A stretch of 63,428 nucleotides of DNA, filler included, from Stramenopiles sp. TOSAG23-3 (lineage: Eukaryota): the NCBI GenBank assembly GCA_900128585.1. It is 4 parts of 4 records of this genome, joined end to end, with 100 filler letters (N's around TTAATTAATTAA, not from the genome) between each part and the next. Parts side by side here need not be neighbours in the genome. Positions count along the whole stretch, not along the records: positions 61,446 to 63,428 come from LT645182.1; 3 more parts are not named here. The stretch is one strand, 5' to 3'. Below the pieces are notes generated by a model. It was not told the origin of the DNA, searched no databases, and saw only the letters and a program-made list of their open reading frames with translations. The translations under genes and the position numbers were made by a program. Below, piece after piece: positions 61,700-63,428 of the stretch; the first letter of the stretch is position 1; each line of letters opens with the position of its first letter.

Positions 61700-63428
61700 A
61701 TGCCGAAGAACAAGAAAGAGTTCAACCTTGGCAGGAGTTTGATCAAATCAAAGTCTAGGAATGCAGCGAAAAAGAAAAACCTTTACCGAGCAGCAAAGGC
61801 GTCTGGGTTGGAAGCTCCGGAGAACTTTGTTGATTATGGTGGCATTGATGGCTCGACGTCGATCACAGAGTTAAATAGTTTGGACGATTTTATTGCCCAG
61901 GCCAAGTTAGCCAACCGAAAGTTTCAGACGGAACGGACGGCAACGATCATAAGAAACACGCTAGGAGAGGTAGAAACGGAAGGAGAGGAGGTTAACATTC
62001 ACCTTCGAAACTCGCTGATAAAGCAGCAGCTAAGCTTCACGGATCTGGGAATACCCCGGCGCCCGCCGTGGACCCGGGACATGACGGCAGAGCAGTTAGA
62101 TGTACAGGAGAGAAAGGCTTTCATCGACTGGAGGCGCGAAATCGCAGTGTTGGAGGAGGAGCACAAGGCGTCGTACGTGACCCCGTTCGAGAAAAACCTT
62201 CAGTTTTGGCGCCAGCTGTGGCGAACGATGGAACGGAGCCATGTAGTCTGCCAAATTGTAGACGCCAGGAACCCGCTACTGTTCCGTTGCCCTGACATTG
62301 AACGCTATGCAAAAGAAATGCACGCAACGAAAGACTGCTTGCTGATCGTGAACAAGGCCGATTTTCTGGACGACGAGGCACGGCGAATATGGGGCGAGTA
62401 CTTCCATCAGAACAACATCGAATATATTTTCTTCTCCGCCCGGGACTCGCAAGAGGCCCTCGACGCAGAGTTCGAGGCCGAGTCCATGGCCCAGAGCACG
62501 GCACAGGCAGAGTTAGAAGACAACCTGAGCGCATTGCGCATTGCGCAAGCACTGGCGAAGGAAAAGGTTACCGGTTCTGCCAGCGAAGGGAGCGTGGAAC
62601 CCCCGAAGCCGAACCCCGCCTCGCCGTTGGAAGGAGCGTCGGGCAACGCCTTGTCGGAGAATGGTTTGGAGGACCCGAACCGTATACTAACACGCAAAGA
62701 GCTCTTGCGAATCCTTCAGCAGAGGGCCGAGGTGGCCTTCAACAAGCTGAACTCGACCGCTGAACTGGACGCGAACTCGGTCGTCAGCACAGGGAAAGGG
62801 GGCAAGAAGCGAAAGGCGAGGAAACAAGTGCCCACCATCGGGATGGTGGGCTACCCAAATGTGGGGAAATCGTCCGTGATCAACGTGGTTTTGGGGGTCG
62901 CCAAAACAACCCACGGGGCTGTCCGTGTTGCTGTGGGCTCCACCCCGGGCAAAACCAAACATTTTCAGACAATCGTGTTGTCGGACAATCTGACGCTTTG
63001 CGATTGCCCCGGGTTGGTGTTCCCGACCTTCATGTCTTCGAAATCTGAAATGATATGCCATGGCATTTTGCCAATAGACCAAATGAAAGATTACTTGAAC
63101 CCCATCGCATTGGTAATTTCCCGGGTGTACCCGGAAGTCTTCGAAAATACGTATGCGTTGAACTTTCCGAAATCGTCCATTAGCGGCAGGAGGCTGCCCC
63201 TGGACCCGCACTCTTTGCTACAAACGTACAGTGCGAAGCATGGGTACTATGGCGCTCACCACGCAGGCCCCGATGAGCCCCGGGGCGCCCGTTACATCTT
63301 GAAAGATTTTGTGTCTGGCAAAATACCATACTGTTGCCCGCCGCCGGGGATGGACCCGATGGTTCTTATGCCAAAGCCGCAGGTAGAAGATTTGAGCGAC
63401 ACCGGAAGGCACAAGTTAAAAAATGGCG
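61700..63428 (+). CDS. LSG1: Large subunit GTPase 1 (circularly permuted GTPase), 3'-partial; absent from ORF track
   Basis: ATG 61700 reads MPKNKKEFNLGRSLIK...IPRRPPW...TPFEKNLQFWRQLWRTMERS..QIVDARNPL..NKADFL...GMVGYPNVGKSS...TPGKTKHFQT...CDCPGLVFP; runs off the window end. Confidence 0.95.
   Translation, partial: MPKNKKEFNLGRSLIKSKSRNAAKKKNLYRAAKASGLEAPENFVDYGGIDGSTSITELNSLDDFIAQAKLANRKFQTERTATIIRNTLGEVETEGEEVNIHLRNSLIKQQLSFTDLGIPRRPPWTRDMTAEQLDVQERKAFIDWRREIAVLEEEHKASYVTPFEKNLQFWRQLWRTMERSHVVCQIVDARNPLLFRCPDIERYAKEMHATKDCLLIVNKADFLDDEARRIWGEYFHQNNIEYIFFSARDSQEALDAEFEAESMAQSTAQAELEDNLSALRIAQALAKEKVTGSASEGSVEPPKPNPASPLEGASGNALSENGLEDPNRILTRKELLRILQQRAEVAFNKLNSTAELDANSVVSTGKGGKKRKARKQVPTIGMVGYPNVGKSSVINVVLGVAKTTHGAVRVAVGSTPGKTKHFQTIVLSDNLTLCDCPGLVFPTFMSSKSEMICHGILPIDQMKDYLNPIALVISRVYPEVFENTYALNFPKSSISGRRLPLDPHSLLQTYSAKHGYYGAHHAGPDEPRGARYILKDFVSGKIPYCCPPPGMDPMVLMPKPQVEDLSDTGRHKLKNG

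Noticed and set aside
62068-63412. ORF-track ORFs in 62068-63412 and the many antisense or nested ORFs within long genes
   Set aside because: Shadows of LSG1 and other GC-rich coding regions with no independent motifs.
1-63428. Reassigned genetic code (TGA as a general sense codon)
   Set aside because: TGA terminates several normal genes (e.g. 20094, 22100, 44414, 46577) and long ORFs translate cleanly with the standard code; only the GILT TGA has Sec context.

Overview
Eukaryotic DNA from a gene-dense, essentially intronless protist genome, with GC-richer coding regions and very AT-rich, (GAA/CTT)n-laden spacers. Gene content and RRRL-type extracellular modules suggest a marine stramenopile-like metagenome-assembled genome (inference). 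The window is a pseudo-scaffold of four contigs joined by identical 100-bp N44-TTAATTAATTAA-N44 linkers (20404-20503, 40877-40976, 61346-61445), so adjacency across linkers is not biological. About 30 genes are present, including NOP56, LSG1 (partial), HAUS2-like, TSTD2/TrhO-like rhodanese, TMEM39-like, an NCKX exchanger, a K2P channel, GH2 beta-mannosidase, a flavin amine oxidase, a YqaJ exonuclease, and MORN, PPR and three LRR proteins. The best hidden signal is a secreted GILT-like thioredoxin-fold selenoprotein missed by the ORF track (58849..57776, minus strand; in-frame TGA in a UxxC motif, plus a SECIS-like hairpin in the 3' UTR). Other highlights: a papain-like protease fused to RI-type LRRs, an internalin-like LRR array that may be alternatively CaaX-tailed or spliced to a membrane protein, an internally deleted RNR R2 relic, and a dispersed repeat that brackets variable filler DNA between convergent genes. 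All family calls are by eye from motifs; no searches were run.
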